DNA of 64,000 nucleotides from Phoronis australis (lineage: Eukaryota > Animalia > Phoronida), in the NCBI GenBank assembly GCA_002633005.1, contig NMRA01000027.1, positions 1,663,921-1,727,920 of the forward strand, read 5' to 3'. Below the pieces are notes generated by a model. That model was not told where the DNA came from. It saw only the letters and a program-made list of their open reading frames with translations, and did no database searches. Each line of letters begins with the position of its first letter. The stretch's first letter is position 1. Position numbers and translations under genes: made by a program. This document shows, piece after piece, positions 1-12,560 of this stretch.

Positions 1-1
1 G

Positions 2-2216
2 GGAGTACCTTGTGTGAACACCGAGTTCGGTCCAACCTGTCAGTGCCCCCCGGGTCTGATGGGAGCCCACTGTCAATACGACATGGATGAGTGTGCCAGT
101 ACACCTTGTGCAAATTACGGGCGCTGCGTGGACCATACAGGCGGTTTCACGTGCGAGTGTGTCAACGGTTACCGTGGCATAACGTGTCAAATTGAGCCGG
201 ATCCGTGTACCCAACTGATTTGTGAAAACCATGGTACATGTGTCCATTTAGAAATTGGCCTTGGTTGTGCTTGTTTGCCAGGTTTTACAGGAAGTCGTTG
301 TGAGCAAATAGCGAATGGTTGTTCAAGTCAGCCGTGTCTTCACGATGGGCTCTGTGAAGTACTCGGACAGGGCTTCAAATGTGATTGTAGGGCAGGGTAC
401 GGTGGCGATAGATGTGAGAACGTAGTCAACCCCTGTGCACAGAGACCATGCAGGAATAAGGCTGAATGTCACGTAGTATCGTCCAAAAACGCAAAGGGCC
501 ATTTGATTTCCGTTAACTATAAGTGCGTATGTTCTCCAGCTTACACTGGTTACAATTGCGAGACTAGAATTTGCGATACGCATCCCTGTAAGAATAACGG
601 TGTGTGCTTCGACAGGTCTTTAGAACATCGCAAGCAAGACACGGACGTGGACGCTTTACAAAGAGGTTTTATTTGCATGTGTACGGGTCACTTCACCGGG
701 GATTTGTGCGAGCGCAACTTGAAACTATGTCAACCTAATCCGTGTATGCACGGTGGTCAGTGCGGATTCGACGACGCAGGCAGTCAACAGTGCGACTGCC
801 CCCCTGGTTTTACAGGACACTTTTGCCAACATCCTCCTAAAAGAGGAATACATATTTGTGTCAAGATTCAATGTCAAAATGGCGGTTCCTGTTCATTCAA
901 TAACACAGGAAGTGAGGTTTGCAATTGTCCACCACCGTATGGAGGGGACTATTGCGAGGTGGTTGCTAGGCCGTCCAATGATGCCGAGCAAAACCTTGTC
1001 AATACTGGAATTCAAGGATGTTTCGACAATGCGTGTCAGAATGGCGGAACTTGTGCTGCTGACGGCAAGGGTGGACATGCGTGCCAATGTCCAAATCAGT
1101 ATACGGGTGAACAATGCGAGACCAACTTGAAAGGCTTTGCAAAAGATCTCGAACAATGCGTTCGCATGGCTTGCCAGAATGGAGGTACTTGTATCAAACA
1201 CAGTGATCAACAAGAGACGTGCAAGTGTCCGCCAAAGTACAAGGGAGAGAGGTGCGAAGCCAAGCTCGAGATGAGTTTCGGCACCGAAGAACAATGCAAT
1301 CTTGATTGTAAAAATGGCGGAACATGCGTTAGACGACACAAACGAGATGGCATGACAAATAGCACGAATGAGCACTGCAACTGCGCAGAGCATTTCACCG
1401 GACGCACCTGTGAGAGTAGAGTGACGAAAGTATCCATTTGCGAAAGGGTTGTTTGCCAAAATGGTGGCATGTGTGTGAAGCAAGCTCACGGCACCGAAAC
1501 TTGCAAGTGTCCTCAACACTTTGAGGGACAACTGTGCGAACACGCTCGAACAACCCAATATACGACAACTTTGACCACAAAGCAGGTTAATTTCACCGAT
1601 GCTACTGTTTCCAGCGTACTGTCCAGTACAACGCGGGATAACGATTCCTGTGCGGTGAAAGCATGCAAAAATGGGGGGACTTGCTTTCATGGCGTTAACG
1701 GCAAAGATAGCTGTGTCTGCGTAGACGGGTACAACGGGAACCTGTGTGAATTGAGGGCTAATGTGAAAGAAGCCATTGAGAAGACCATGGTTAAACCATG
1801 TAGCGAAAACATTTGTAAGAATGGTGCAACCTGTTTCGAGCACTTTGGCGGGAGACTGGAATGCCATTGTCCGATTCAATTCAGCGGTAGCATATGCGAG
1901 CTGCCTTCTGACCGCGTGAAAGCTCCCGCGGAAATTGCCAAGAACTTTCACAACGAACGCTGCTCGAAGATTTGTCGAAACGGCGGTACTTGCGTTATAG
2001 GCAAGGACAAGCAAGAAACATGCTTCTGCCTTGAGGATTATTCGGGCGAGCAGTGTGAGGTAAACCTAGAAGAGTTATACAAAGACCAAAGCCAGAATGA
2101 ATGCAACGAGCAAACGTGCCAGAATGGCGGGGTATGCGAAATCGATGAGTCCACTGGGGCAAACAAGTGTCGCTGCAAGAGAGAATACACTGGCGAATGG
2201 TGTCAGACGAATAAGA
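2..2216 (+). CDS. Large internal exon (5' end outside window) encoding ~16 tandem EGF-like domains of a single-pass membrane protein (Notch-ligand/DNER/fibropellin-like architecture)
   Basis: Open frame from position 2 with repeated 6-Cys CxNGGxC...CxCxxxYxGxxC modules, one calcium-binding type (DMDEC) and a Thr/Ser-rich linker. Strong donor GTAAGT at 2217-2222 (phase 1) lies just before the ORF stop at 2242. Confidence 0.92.
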
Positions 2217-2259
2217 GTAAGTTGATGACAGTTATATCTTGATATCGTCATTGTTAAAA

Positions 2260-3170
2260 TAGACCGGGATCCCAGAGCTTTTTTGGGCATGAAAAGCTAA
2301 CCAATTTTCTTTGGTGCCACAGTGCTCTGTGGGTATCCTGATGCTTGGAAATGGCCGTCTGGCAGGTTCGCTCTGGTGGGTGTGGTCAGGGGAGCCAAGA
2401 GAATTACACTAAAAAATTGAGCTAGATCAACTTTTCTGGTAACCACTTAAAACTGCCTTCGATACCTGCTACGTCATCCATTGTATCAAAATTGGTCAAT
2501 GCCAGACAATTTCAGTGGTGGGGAGTACCCGCCAGACGAACATATACAGGGTACAAAAATTGAGCTAGATCAATCCAAGAGGTAACCGTTTGAAACCAGT
2601 CGCAAAATATTCACCATAAGCCCAGGCATCAGGAATGAACACTGCCAGACAAATCTAGTGGTGGGTTACCCCCGCCAGACACGCCCAAATACCTGAATTG
2701 AGCTAGATCAACCTATCAGGTAACCGTTTGAAACCAATTGCACGATGTTCAGCATCAATGAACATGGCACAACAGTTAGCTGCCAGACAATTTCAGTGGT
2801 GGGGTGCCCCTGCCAGACGATTATTAAAAAGTGTTAAAAATTGAGCTAGATCAACCCAAGAGGTAACCGCTTAAAACCAGTTCCAAAATATTCACCGTAA
2901 GCCCAGGTATAACAAATGAACACTGCCAGACAAATCTAGTGGTAGGTTAGCTTCGCCAGACACACCCGAATACATGAATTGAGCTAGATCAACCCAAGAG
3001 GTAACCGCATGAAACCATTTGCAAAATATTCGCCGTAAGCCCAGGTATCAAGAATAAATACTGCCAGACAAATCTAGTGGTGGGTTATCCCCGCCAGACA
3101 CGCCCAAGTACCTGAGTTGAGCTAGATCAACCCGCCAGGTAACCGCTTAAAACCATTTGCATAATGTCGA
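2260..3170 (+). repeat. Left TIR of the Academ element containing six ~140-bp subrepeats
   Basis: TTGAGCTAGATCAA..GGTAACC block recurs near 2415, 2558, 2697, 2839, 2977 and 3115, alternating with a TGCCAGACAA..AGTGGTGGG..GCCAGAC block. Confidence 0.92.
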
Positions 3171-4356
3171 GCAACATTCTGCATGCAACAAAAGATACTT
3201 TACAGTCATTTTTAGCGGTGGGGCAGTAGCGTGCAGAGGTTTGATCGATGTAGGGGCTACTTTTTTACACGTCCCTATCTCTCTAATGAAATGCATATAT
3301 CCTGTTTAGGTACTGTACGTAGCGAACATGGTGGTTCGAATTTCAAGAACGGTGGATCTTGGTATTTTGCAAACGTCGACACTATAGAGTTTTCGGCGAT
3401 GCCTTTGACGCAGCTTTGAATTAGGGGGAAGGGGAATCTGTATACATGACGACGACTCATGTTCATGAGATGAGACGGAATTTGTAATACCAGATACGAG
3501 GATGCTGTGACGGTTGCTCGCAAAGAACGGGACACAAATTAGGATGTAATGTGGTCCAAAAAGAGAACATTCTCGCGTTATTTCCTGTCGAAGTTTCAAA
3601 TCAGCCATGCTTAAATGAGTGATTACACCTGATGGCTACTCAGACGGAAATATGAAGTCTAGTTGGCGAATGACTTAACAAAATTGTATATCTGGTTGTA
3701 TTTTAGCGTGTTACTTAAGTTGCTTACATCGCTGGAGATGGGGACATCCCACTATTTCGAAAGTTTACTACTCGGAAGGTTCCCTGACTATTCCTTCAAC
3801 GATTCATCACTCCGAAGATTCACCGCTCCAAACATATCTATACTTTCAGACTCAGATGTGATTTTTGAACTTTTGCATTTTAAAATAAACGATATTTCGG
3901 CTATTAGATGCACCTATACCGAAAACAACGTCCGGGCACTAAAACACTTTGGGTTTTATGTAGACAGTGACCACCGTCTCCAGCTGGCCAGCACAACTAG
4001 AAACGGTAGTCTGGCAGAATTCATGCGCATGCGAAATTGCCCGCATGTCTTAAAATGAGAACGCACTTGCATTTTAAAATGATATGAAGTAGGAATACTG
4101 ATGAATCATCAGCCAAGATACAATTCATCAAATTCATGTCAAGATCGAATCGCAGCGCGACGCACACGGCCGGGTCGAAACTAAATGAAGTTACTAGGCC
4201 ACCCTGTCCCTGCCAGTCCTCATGAAGTCGGGGAGTCCCATTTAGTCTTCTTAAATTGAAAACGCCGTTGGTCGCCGCAGCCGTGCCGCAGATGTTGTCT
4301 TTGCTTGAGAATGAGTCATGATCACACAACCAATATAGTGAACTGTCGGAATTCTG

Positions 4357-4728
4357 GGCCCAGTCTCGAATAATGTTTGGCATTTTTAATTTACTTTTGT
4401 GCGAACTCAAGATAAGTGTCCATTACTCAATGCTCGAATACATAATGACTTACGTGGATGGTTGATTCGTCATATTTTTCAGTTGACAAAACCAACATTA
4501 AAACTAAAAGTTTGAGTTTAAACTCGAAATTTCGAATTTTTACTCGAGTTTGTAGTACGCATATAAAGGTTTTTAAGTGCAAACTTGGACTAGAAACTCA
4601 TATGCATGAGCTATAATTATTCGAGCACAATCTGATAACCACTTGTCTTGAGTTCGCACAAAAGGAGCAAAGAAATTGCCAAAAATAATTTCCAGTTCGT
4701 TTCGAATACAAAGATTAGAGACCGGGCC
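4357..4728. mobile_element. PIF/Harbinger-like MITE nested in the Academ element
   Basis: Termini GGCCCAGTCTC...GAGACCGGGCC, CWG flanks (CTG/CAG); 3' half closely similar to the copy at 61928-62328. Confidence 0.7.
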
Positions 4729-6169
4729 CAGGGTTTGGAATAGTGGAAATTCAAAGTAGTGATCTTTAGAAGATAACGAACCTTCGGAGTAATGGGCATT
4801 CTGAGTACTGGACCTTAGGAGTATTGAACCTTCGTCATAGTGACATGGAACCCTGGAAATCTTTTCCATCTAGTTTGTGGCTCGTATGAAGTCTGCAGGG
4901 TTGTGCACCATTGACATTGATTGACTAGAGAAGATTTTCATTGACTAAAGTTGAGGTCTATGCCTACCTTTCCATCATAACGTGAAAATGCTCAACGGTG
5001 TATTCTCAGTGCAAGAAAACACAGTAGTTGTAGGTCTGGCTTTTAGCACGACGGAGAACTGACTACAATGAACTTACTGTCAGCATGTACCGAATTTAAA
5101 AGAACAGAAACGTTCAAACGTGTACACGCATGCATGTCAATCCATCCAACAATCAAAGTGGACACTGGTTGAACAACATATTTACAAATTTGACGATCAC
5201 TTTCAATACAAAATTTGAAAATGCCTACATTTCCACCGTACTATGGTTGCAATCAAACCAAAAATAGCAGAATAACAAATCTCAATTTTTCTGCTGTTGT
5301 GTTTCTTGGCCGAGTTTAAGACCTTCACACCGCACTACTTTTTGGGAGTTCTCTCGTTGTTATTTACATTAACATGGAGCTTACTTAGGTCTTAGGGCTA
5401 GACTTTTATGCTTAGGTATAGACATTCACTTCTGGACTCACTTGTTACCCTTTGTTGTAGCCACCACGCGCGTGCTTTATGAATAACATTCTCCTCTTAT
5501 CGTATGCACGATCCTGTCATCTACACAAACAGCGGCACTCGGGCGAAGTTTACCGAGTTTGGTCCGACGCTATATGACGCGGTTTGAATCAGAAGCGGAT
5601 TCAAAATTATTGCTAACTTAGTTATCATTGTAGGTAGCACCAGTAGCTGAAACAATTTTGTTGTTATTGTCCAATTAAACCCTATCTTTAACGAATATGC
5701 TGGGGGTGGACCTTTTCAGCGGGGTAGGGGCTCGATTGAACCCCCCGAACCCTCCCCCGGCTACGGGATATGGGCCTGTACTATCAATAATAAAAGTAGA
5801 AAGGTGAAGCATAAACTAGATTCTTTGTTTAATTCAACTGCAATTCAGTCACTATTTCCAAAAATATACATAGTCGTTGGATACCCCTTCCCCAATGTGG
5901 ATGCCCGGGTCCGTCGCCACGGTGGCTGAGCACCATATACAACATTTATGGATAATTAATTCGAACGTGTTTTATATTCACTATGAAGACAAAAAGCGAA
6001 CAGTTCCATTGCCCGCATATCTGTGTCGTGCCAATGAAATGATTGTCAATCCAACTAAACTGAAAAACTAATAGGACTCGTTATACCCACGAATCAGTTG
6101 TGAATAAAATGTTCGCAACATGAACAGAATTTTTTATCTGCATTACAGCTTTGATAGTTTCCACGAAAT

Positions 6170-6634
6170 CTAACACGACCATACATACCCAATATCAGAT
6201 GCCGCAGAGGTGTTTTCAGCCTTTTTGGAGAACACCATATCAAACATAAAAAATACAGACTGTTTCAAAGAGAGGTCAACAGCCGCTCTATTAAAGTTCT
6301 TCCTCGTTTGTAGCACTGAGAACGCACCGTTTTCCAGCGCTTCACGTAATATTGGGTTTGCCAATTTCAACTTTTGGTAAAACAATGTTCCCCATGTGGC
6401 GTAGTTTGGGTGGTTCAGGGCAAAAGATACATCTAGCGTAGTCGGAAAAATGTTGGTATAGCCACTGAAGTCATTGTTCTTGACGCATTTCTGGAGTTCT
6501 CTGTGGGCTCGGTTGATGAGAAAGACGAAGATTGCCCAAAACTGACCAGTTTTGCCAAATTTGCCATTAATAACTGTGTGAAATGAAGGTAGATGGCTCG
6601 CAAACATAACGCAGGCGACAGCAAAAGACGGCAT
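6170..6634 (-). pseudogene. Academ transposase fragment
   Basis: Translation TGQFW...FALNHPNYATWGTLFYQKL...NP...ENGAFSV.QT...FNRAAVDLSLKQ matches the NHxNYARW / GxFSV / DxxLEQ region typical of Academ transposases; truncated on both sides. Confidence 0.75.
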
Positions 6635-7029
6635 TTTGATTTATTCCTTTTAGCAGTTGCATCAAATGACTCGTCCGAAAACAAAGAGACGCAGAGAAAA
6701 CACAATGTGCTATCCGTCATGGACGGGTTTTTAGGTTTTGCTTTTAGTAGTGAATTATGTGGAGTATTCCGCTGTTTTCGCATGGACTTGTGAGGTCGCT
6801 CGAACCTCAGGCGCGATTTTTCTGGTTTTCATGCCCTGACATAAACTTGCAGACAAAAATCTCTGCACCTTGTGCAGTGACATATGTCGTACAGACTTAG
6901 TGGCTCTATTGAAAATCGAAGTGCCTGGTTCCTGATTGTGATGCTTATTCAGCGTGAATGGGCTTATAATCAATTTCGTTTCGACTCTTTATTTGTCTGA
7001 TGGAGGCATCTTATTGTTTTGCCACGTGC

Positions 7030-7931
7030 AATGATGCTGAACATCGTGCAATTAGTTTCAAACCGTTGCCTCAACTCAGGTACTTGGGCGTGTCTGGCGG
7101 GGATAACCCACCACTAGATTTGTCTGGCAGTATTTATTCTTGATACCTGGGCTTACGGTGAATATTTTGCAACTGGTTTCATGCGGTTACCTCTTGTGTT
7201 GATCTAGCTCAATTCATGTATTTGGACGTGTCTGGCAGGGCTAACCCACCACTAAATTTGTCTGGCAGTATTTATTCGTGATACCTTGGCTTACGGTGAA
7301 TATTTTGGAACTGGTTTTAAGCGGTTACCTCTTGGGTTGATCTACCTCAATTTTAAACCCTTTTTGATGATCGTCTGGCAGGGGCACCCCACCACTGAAA
7401 TTGTCTGGCATCTAACTGTTGTGCCATGTTCAGTGATGCTGAACATAGTGCAATTGGTTTCAAACGGTTACCTGATGGGTTGATCTAGCTCAATTCAGGT
7501 ACTTGGGCGTGTCTGGCGGTGGTAACCCACCACTAGATTTGTCTGGCAGTGCTCATTCGTGATACCTGTGCTCACGGTGAATATTTTGCCACTGGTTTCA
7601 AGCGGTTACCTCTTGGATTGATCTAGCTCAATTTTTGTACCCTGTATATATTCGTCAGGCGGGTACTCCCCACCACTGAAGTTGTCTGGCATTGACCAAT
7701 TTTGATACAATGGATGACGTAGCAGGTATCGAAGGCAGTTTTAAGTGGTTACCAGAAAAGTTGATCTAGCTCAATTTTTTAGTGTAATTCTCTTGGCTCC
7801 CCTGACCACACCCACCAGAGCGAACCTGCCAGACGGCCATTTCCAAACATCAGGAAACCCACAGACCACTGTGGAACCAAAGAAAATTGGTTACCTTTTC
7901 ATGCCCAAAAATGCTCTGGGATCCCGGTCTA
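7030..7931 (-). repeat. Right TIR of the Academ element (reverse complement of the left arm)
   Basis: Colinear reverse-complement match to ~2260-3150 with scattered substitutions and a small deletion at the inner end. Confidence 0.92.
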
Positions 7932-10900
7932 AAAGTCGGCATGGGGGAAACTTCACACTGCGGTTTGAGCGGTGGCAGACCTGACTTGCAAAGTTGGCAG
8001 TGGCCGGGCAACAAAGCTGTTAGTGTAGTGCCCTTCTTGAGTGGTTTGCATTATGGAATACGGTTTCAAAGCGCACGCATAAATGATATTTTACCACATG
8101 TAGGTCGTCTGTTGTCGACTTGAAGTGAAGTTATTAAATGCCAGATGTCTATATGTTTGCATTGCAAACTTTTTTTGAAAGTGACAAGAATAGAACAGGA
8201 TATGATTATTTATATTTTTTGTATTTTTCGTAACAACTGTAAAAGAGGAATATTTACAAATTCCTTCAAAAACGTTTGGTTGACAAAACTGCCAAGAACG
8301 AGCCAGCAAGTGTCTTCTGACAGATCGACTCTGGAGACAACCGAAGTGGGCGTATGCAAGCAAAGTTTTCCTGAAATACGGCCTTGGAAAAATATGCATG
8401 ATTGAACCGTGAAACATTCCCCAGTTCCACATGAAGCCTTCACTAAACGGCGCACGGAGCAATCATTAGCAATATACCACCATATTTCAGATCCGTACTC
8501 GACAGCAAAAATTCATACCGGTAGAGCGCATATTCGGCATTGCTAAATGTACGCTAGAGACGTGTATGTTTTGATTTTTCTTAAGTTGCTTCCGAAAACC
8601 CCATCTCCCGCATGTACTGACGCCCTGAGCTTGTCAACGGAGACTTCCTTTAAGTATAATAGTTGCAGTTTAAGTATAATACCCACACTTAACAAAAGTA
8701 TGCGTTTCATAGCGAAAATCTTTCAATAGGAGCCGGGGAACAAGTTTGCATAAAATTATAAACGATGCGCCTCCAATGCAAACCGGTGGTGTCATACTCT
8801 AGTGCGACTTTGGAGTGGATGATTGTCAGAGGTTAGTTTCTTTGTGCTTCACTCCCAGTCAGCCGAGACAGGTCTTGACGACCTCCATATTACGTCATAC
8901 CACGTTCCAAAATGACAAATAAACTGACAATTTGCATAAACGTGGCGACGTACTTTGCGTGATTTTTACTTAACAACCACGACCAAATGACGTTAACAAA
9001 ATGAGCTTGTTTAGAAGATGTCATCATGACGACGTATACAAATTTGTCGAGATTTCTTTTAAAACCTCATTTACCTCAACTTTTTTCAAGAAAGAAAAGT
9101 ACTCTTTGAATGTCTATGTATACGGTGGAATAGGATACAATTACTGCGAAAATGTCCATTAATGTCATGTTACTATAACATCGAATCTCCATTCCGACGA
9201 ATTTTTCCAATAATATGTATGATTTGACAACAACGTCAAAACGTGGATGAAAAGCGGTGTACAAAATTTAAAGTACCCTATTAGTATGCTGTCTTAAGCA
9301 GCTGATTTTCCGAACTTCATTTTTATTAAAGGTAAGAGTAATTTCTTCTACAGTAATTCGAATGCTCAGTTAGTCAGTATCTTCAGATAAATTATTCGAA
9401 TCATAATGAAGAAATCCGTGACATATACATGAAACTGACGACCGTCTCATTGGATATCAAATTCCGGTGTATCATAGTAAACACTTTTGAATGCACAAAG
9501 ACATTCCTAACGTACAGTGTTCAAGTGCTGCGTTTTTTATGAGGTTTCAGCATTTTCTAGAACTGCTTACTACAATTTTCTTTTAGCACGATTACCAAGG
9601 TTATGGTTTGCTCGTCCAAAAATTGTTTGTTGTTTGCTTTTGTGAGATTCTTGGACACTTTATTTTGTTCTCTGTAGCGACACCGAAGGGTGTTTGTCTG
9701 CACCTTCACAATTTTTTTAGAGTCAAGCGCTCCTGTTCAAAGCATTCATTGTCGAACCAATGTTTTGAATATTTTCGGGTGCGTCCTTTATGGACGTAAA
9801 GCTGTGTTATGTTTTCCGTAAAACACAATTCTATGATATATTGAGTCATGTGTACCTTTCCTAGGTGTCTTAGTTAAACGTGAGAATAGCACCATTGTTA
9901 AATCTGATTATGGTAAGACCTGTTTTTCCGAACTCTATCTCAAATTTGATAGTTTTGTTCGATCCAATACAGGAGAAGTCTAGTCAATTGCTTGTTACAT
10001 CGTCCCTGGAGAATTTGTTCTACCAGTTTAACTTTTGATATATAGTGACGTACCTAGGATTTTCCAGTTATTGGTTACTCTCTGAATACGTTGAATAGCT
10101 GTAAAAAGTACTTCCTTTTAAAATTGAATGGGGCGGGTAACGTACATGTAGCTGTTATGGGACACGAGGAAAATTTTGTTTTTGTTCCCTTTATGTTGGG
10201 CCCAGTAGTCTGAAGTTGAAACGCCAATTATCTCGTCTTGTACATTGCATAGACCCAGCCATTGAACTGATAGTGGTTTTCAAACTTCTTTGTAGACTAT
10301 CCAATATGATGTATAACTGATGTCACCTATTCCTTTGTTAAACAATGGCAATGTTGTTTATAAGGTCGAATACTCACACAAAGACGTCTCAGACGGAGAG
10401 AACACTACACCTCGGACAAAAGCAATGTCAATAGGCACTGACTTAGTAACGTCGTCTATAAACATTGTGTCTGTAACGATCAAAAAGCTAATTCAGTCAG
10501 TGTAATCTTTAAAGAACCTGTAGAGGAATACTTTAGGTTAAAGAGTCACTGGCCATTCAGAACTAGCATGCTGCTGGTTATCTGAATTACATGCAGAGGT
10601 CAGTGACCCTATACAGCTATGGTGATGACGTGTTTGCTATTTGCTGTCATTGTTGCTGCACTCATTTCATGACTCCATGGATGTAATCTGACTCGCATGA
10701 CGACACTTGGGGTCTGATTGTTTTTATTCTGATGATGTCTAATGAAACGTCGAATTAATATCAACTTTTTCATTTGTGTGGCGATTGTCCGTTTTTTGAT
10801 TCTATTATGATCAATGACTGGTGTACATGGAAGATATTTTACTCAATGATATCACCCCTGCTTAACTTTTTCTGTTTCATTCCAGCGTAGTCAATAATGC

Positions 10901-11922
10901 TACTAACTGGATTAAAACTATTGGGAATCTCAATATATATCTTAAAATTAAATGAGCAATGATCTGAATCTACCTGTGCCCGCACCATTTGCAAACAATG
11001 TTACTAGACACTGTGACGTATGCTCAATGCTCAGTGGCCATTAGTAGCTGTACGTGTTGTGCCACCTATTGTGTGCCCTGGTCGTTACCAGCCCCTCTAT
11101 TTAAAACACACCCATGTGCTAATTTGCATGATGACAATAATTATGAAACATACTGGTTGTAATCGTCTTCTTCAGAACAACAGTGCTTTGCAACAACATC
11201 ACATCCAACCCCCCTGGCATCAAACACACTGCTAATGAAACCAGCATCGTCATCAGAACTAATGATGTCATCCAGCACAGCTGTGTGTGCATTAAATTCG
11301 CCGCAAATTAAAACTTTTCATTCAAAATCTCTTGCGTTACAGTCTACTGCTGTTTTCCATTCCATTTTTTTCGAAAATAGGTTCATCATCATAGCCAACC
11401 AATTTCCAGTTTTCACATGACACTGTAGATACATTCGTGTACCTAGACGCTATATCCTATCTTACAAACATTCATTTATCTTACAATACAACTTTTCCTT
11501 TATATCAAATTCTATTTCTTCTCTTGTCCAGGTTTCTTATAGAGCTATGTTCTCAAACCATCTTAAGTATGTTACGGCGCCATGCCCCTTGAATTTGCTT
11601 TCTAAACCATGTAGGTTGCAGCTTCAAAACGAAAGACGGGACCAGTTTCCTATTTTCAATAAATTTCTTTAATGTCATCAATTTCAAACTCATAGTAATA
11701 ATTATTATTAATGATAATGATAATAATGGAACAGTGGTGTCGGAATTTTGCAAAATAAAGACAGTCCTCAAAGCAGAAAAGCCGACAAGTTCATTCAAGC
11801 CTTCTACTAGCCCGGTGCAACAGACACTGTGCTTTAATTTCACTACTCACAATCAGCAAGTCTACCAGCCTGCTTGTGTAGTTTTGCAAGTGTTTAAACG
11901 TATTTCTTAGCCATGACAGTTT

Positions 11923-12560
11923 TCAGTAAAACTGCTTTACTTCCAAAGCATTCTTTTTAATGCTTTGGTAAGTGAAACAGCGACCGATGTGGTGTTCGGG
12001 TGTTTCATCTTCAAACTCATACTTGCACGTGATATTGTCAATAATCAGCTTGTCGTAATTTACGTGTGCGTTTTTACCTGCGTTCCTTGTTTCGAGAACG
12101 TGTTGGTTAAATTTCTGTCTGGCTTCTCTAACATTTCTGGAGAAATCCTCTGACACTATAAATTTAAACTCTTGTACGTGTTCTCTCGCTTGCTTAAGTA
12201 TGGTCTCTCCGTCCGTATAACGGTTAGTTCTCAGTAGGGGTCCCGCTCTTGGGGATTCACACGCAGTCGATGAATGCTTCCAGTTGTTTCTACCTCAGGT
12301 GTTTGTAGGACATCTTTCATGAAATTTTCTACCTTACTGTCCACGGTTTCCCACGATTCGTTCCCTAAAGGACCGGCATCATCGATGCCATTAAATGACA
12401 AACGTTGTTTCTCTTTTACTCTCGTTGTAATGTAACTGACTTTTATATGAGCCCATTTTCGATGTGATCTCAACGTTCTTGTTTGTCAGGTCAACCACTA
12501 CACACTTTCACTTCTAATGTTAGTTCATCAAAACCATCTAAGTTTTGCAGCATCTCGGTG
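11923..12560 (-). pseudogene. Degenerate LINE ORF1 (L1TD1/Tnp22-like RRM-CTD type found in CR1/L2-clade elements)
   Basis: Frameshifted pieces LSFNGIDD..NESWETVDSKVENFMKDVL..IHRL and SEDFSRNVREARQK..NAGKNAHVNYDKLIIDN. Confidence 0.7.

Larger units (their letters stand above)
2260..7931. mobile_element. Internally deleted Academ (AcademX-type) DNA transposon with very long foldback TIRs
   Basis: Termini TAGACCGGGATCCCAGAGC...GCTCTGGGATCCCGGTCTA, AAA on both flanks (candidate 3-bp TSD), ~0.9 kb inverted arms and an internal Academ-type transposase fragment. Confidence 0.82.

Noticed and set aside
893-2014. 373-aa antisense ORF
   Set aside because: Shadow frame of the EGF exon with no recognisable domain.
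2410-3230. CRISPR-like repeat-spacer appearance
   Set aside because: Spacers are related to one another, the array is mirrored as a TIR, the context is eukaryotic and there are no cas genes.
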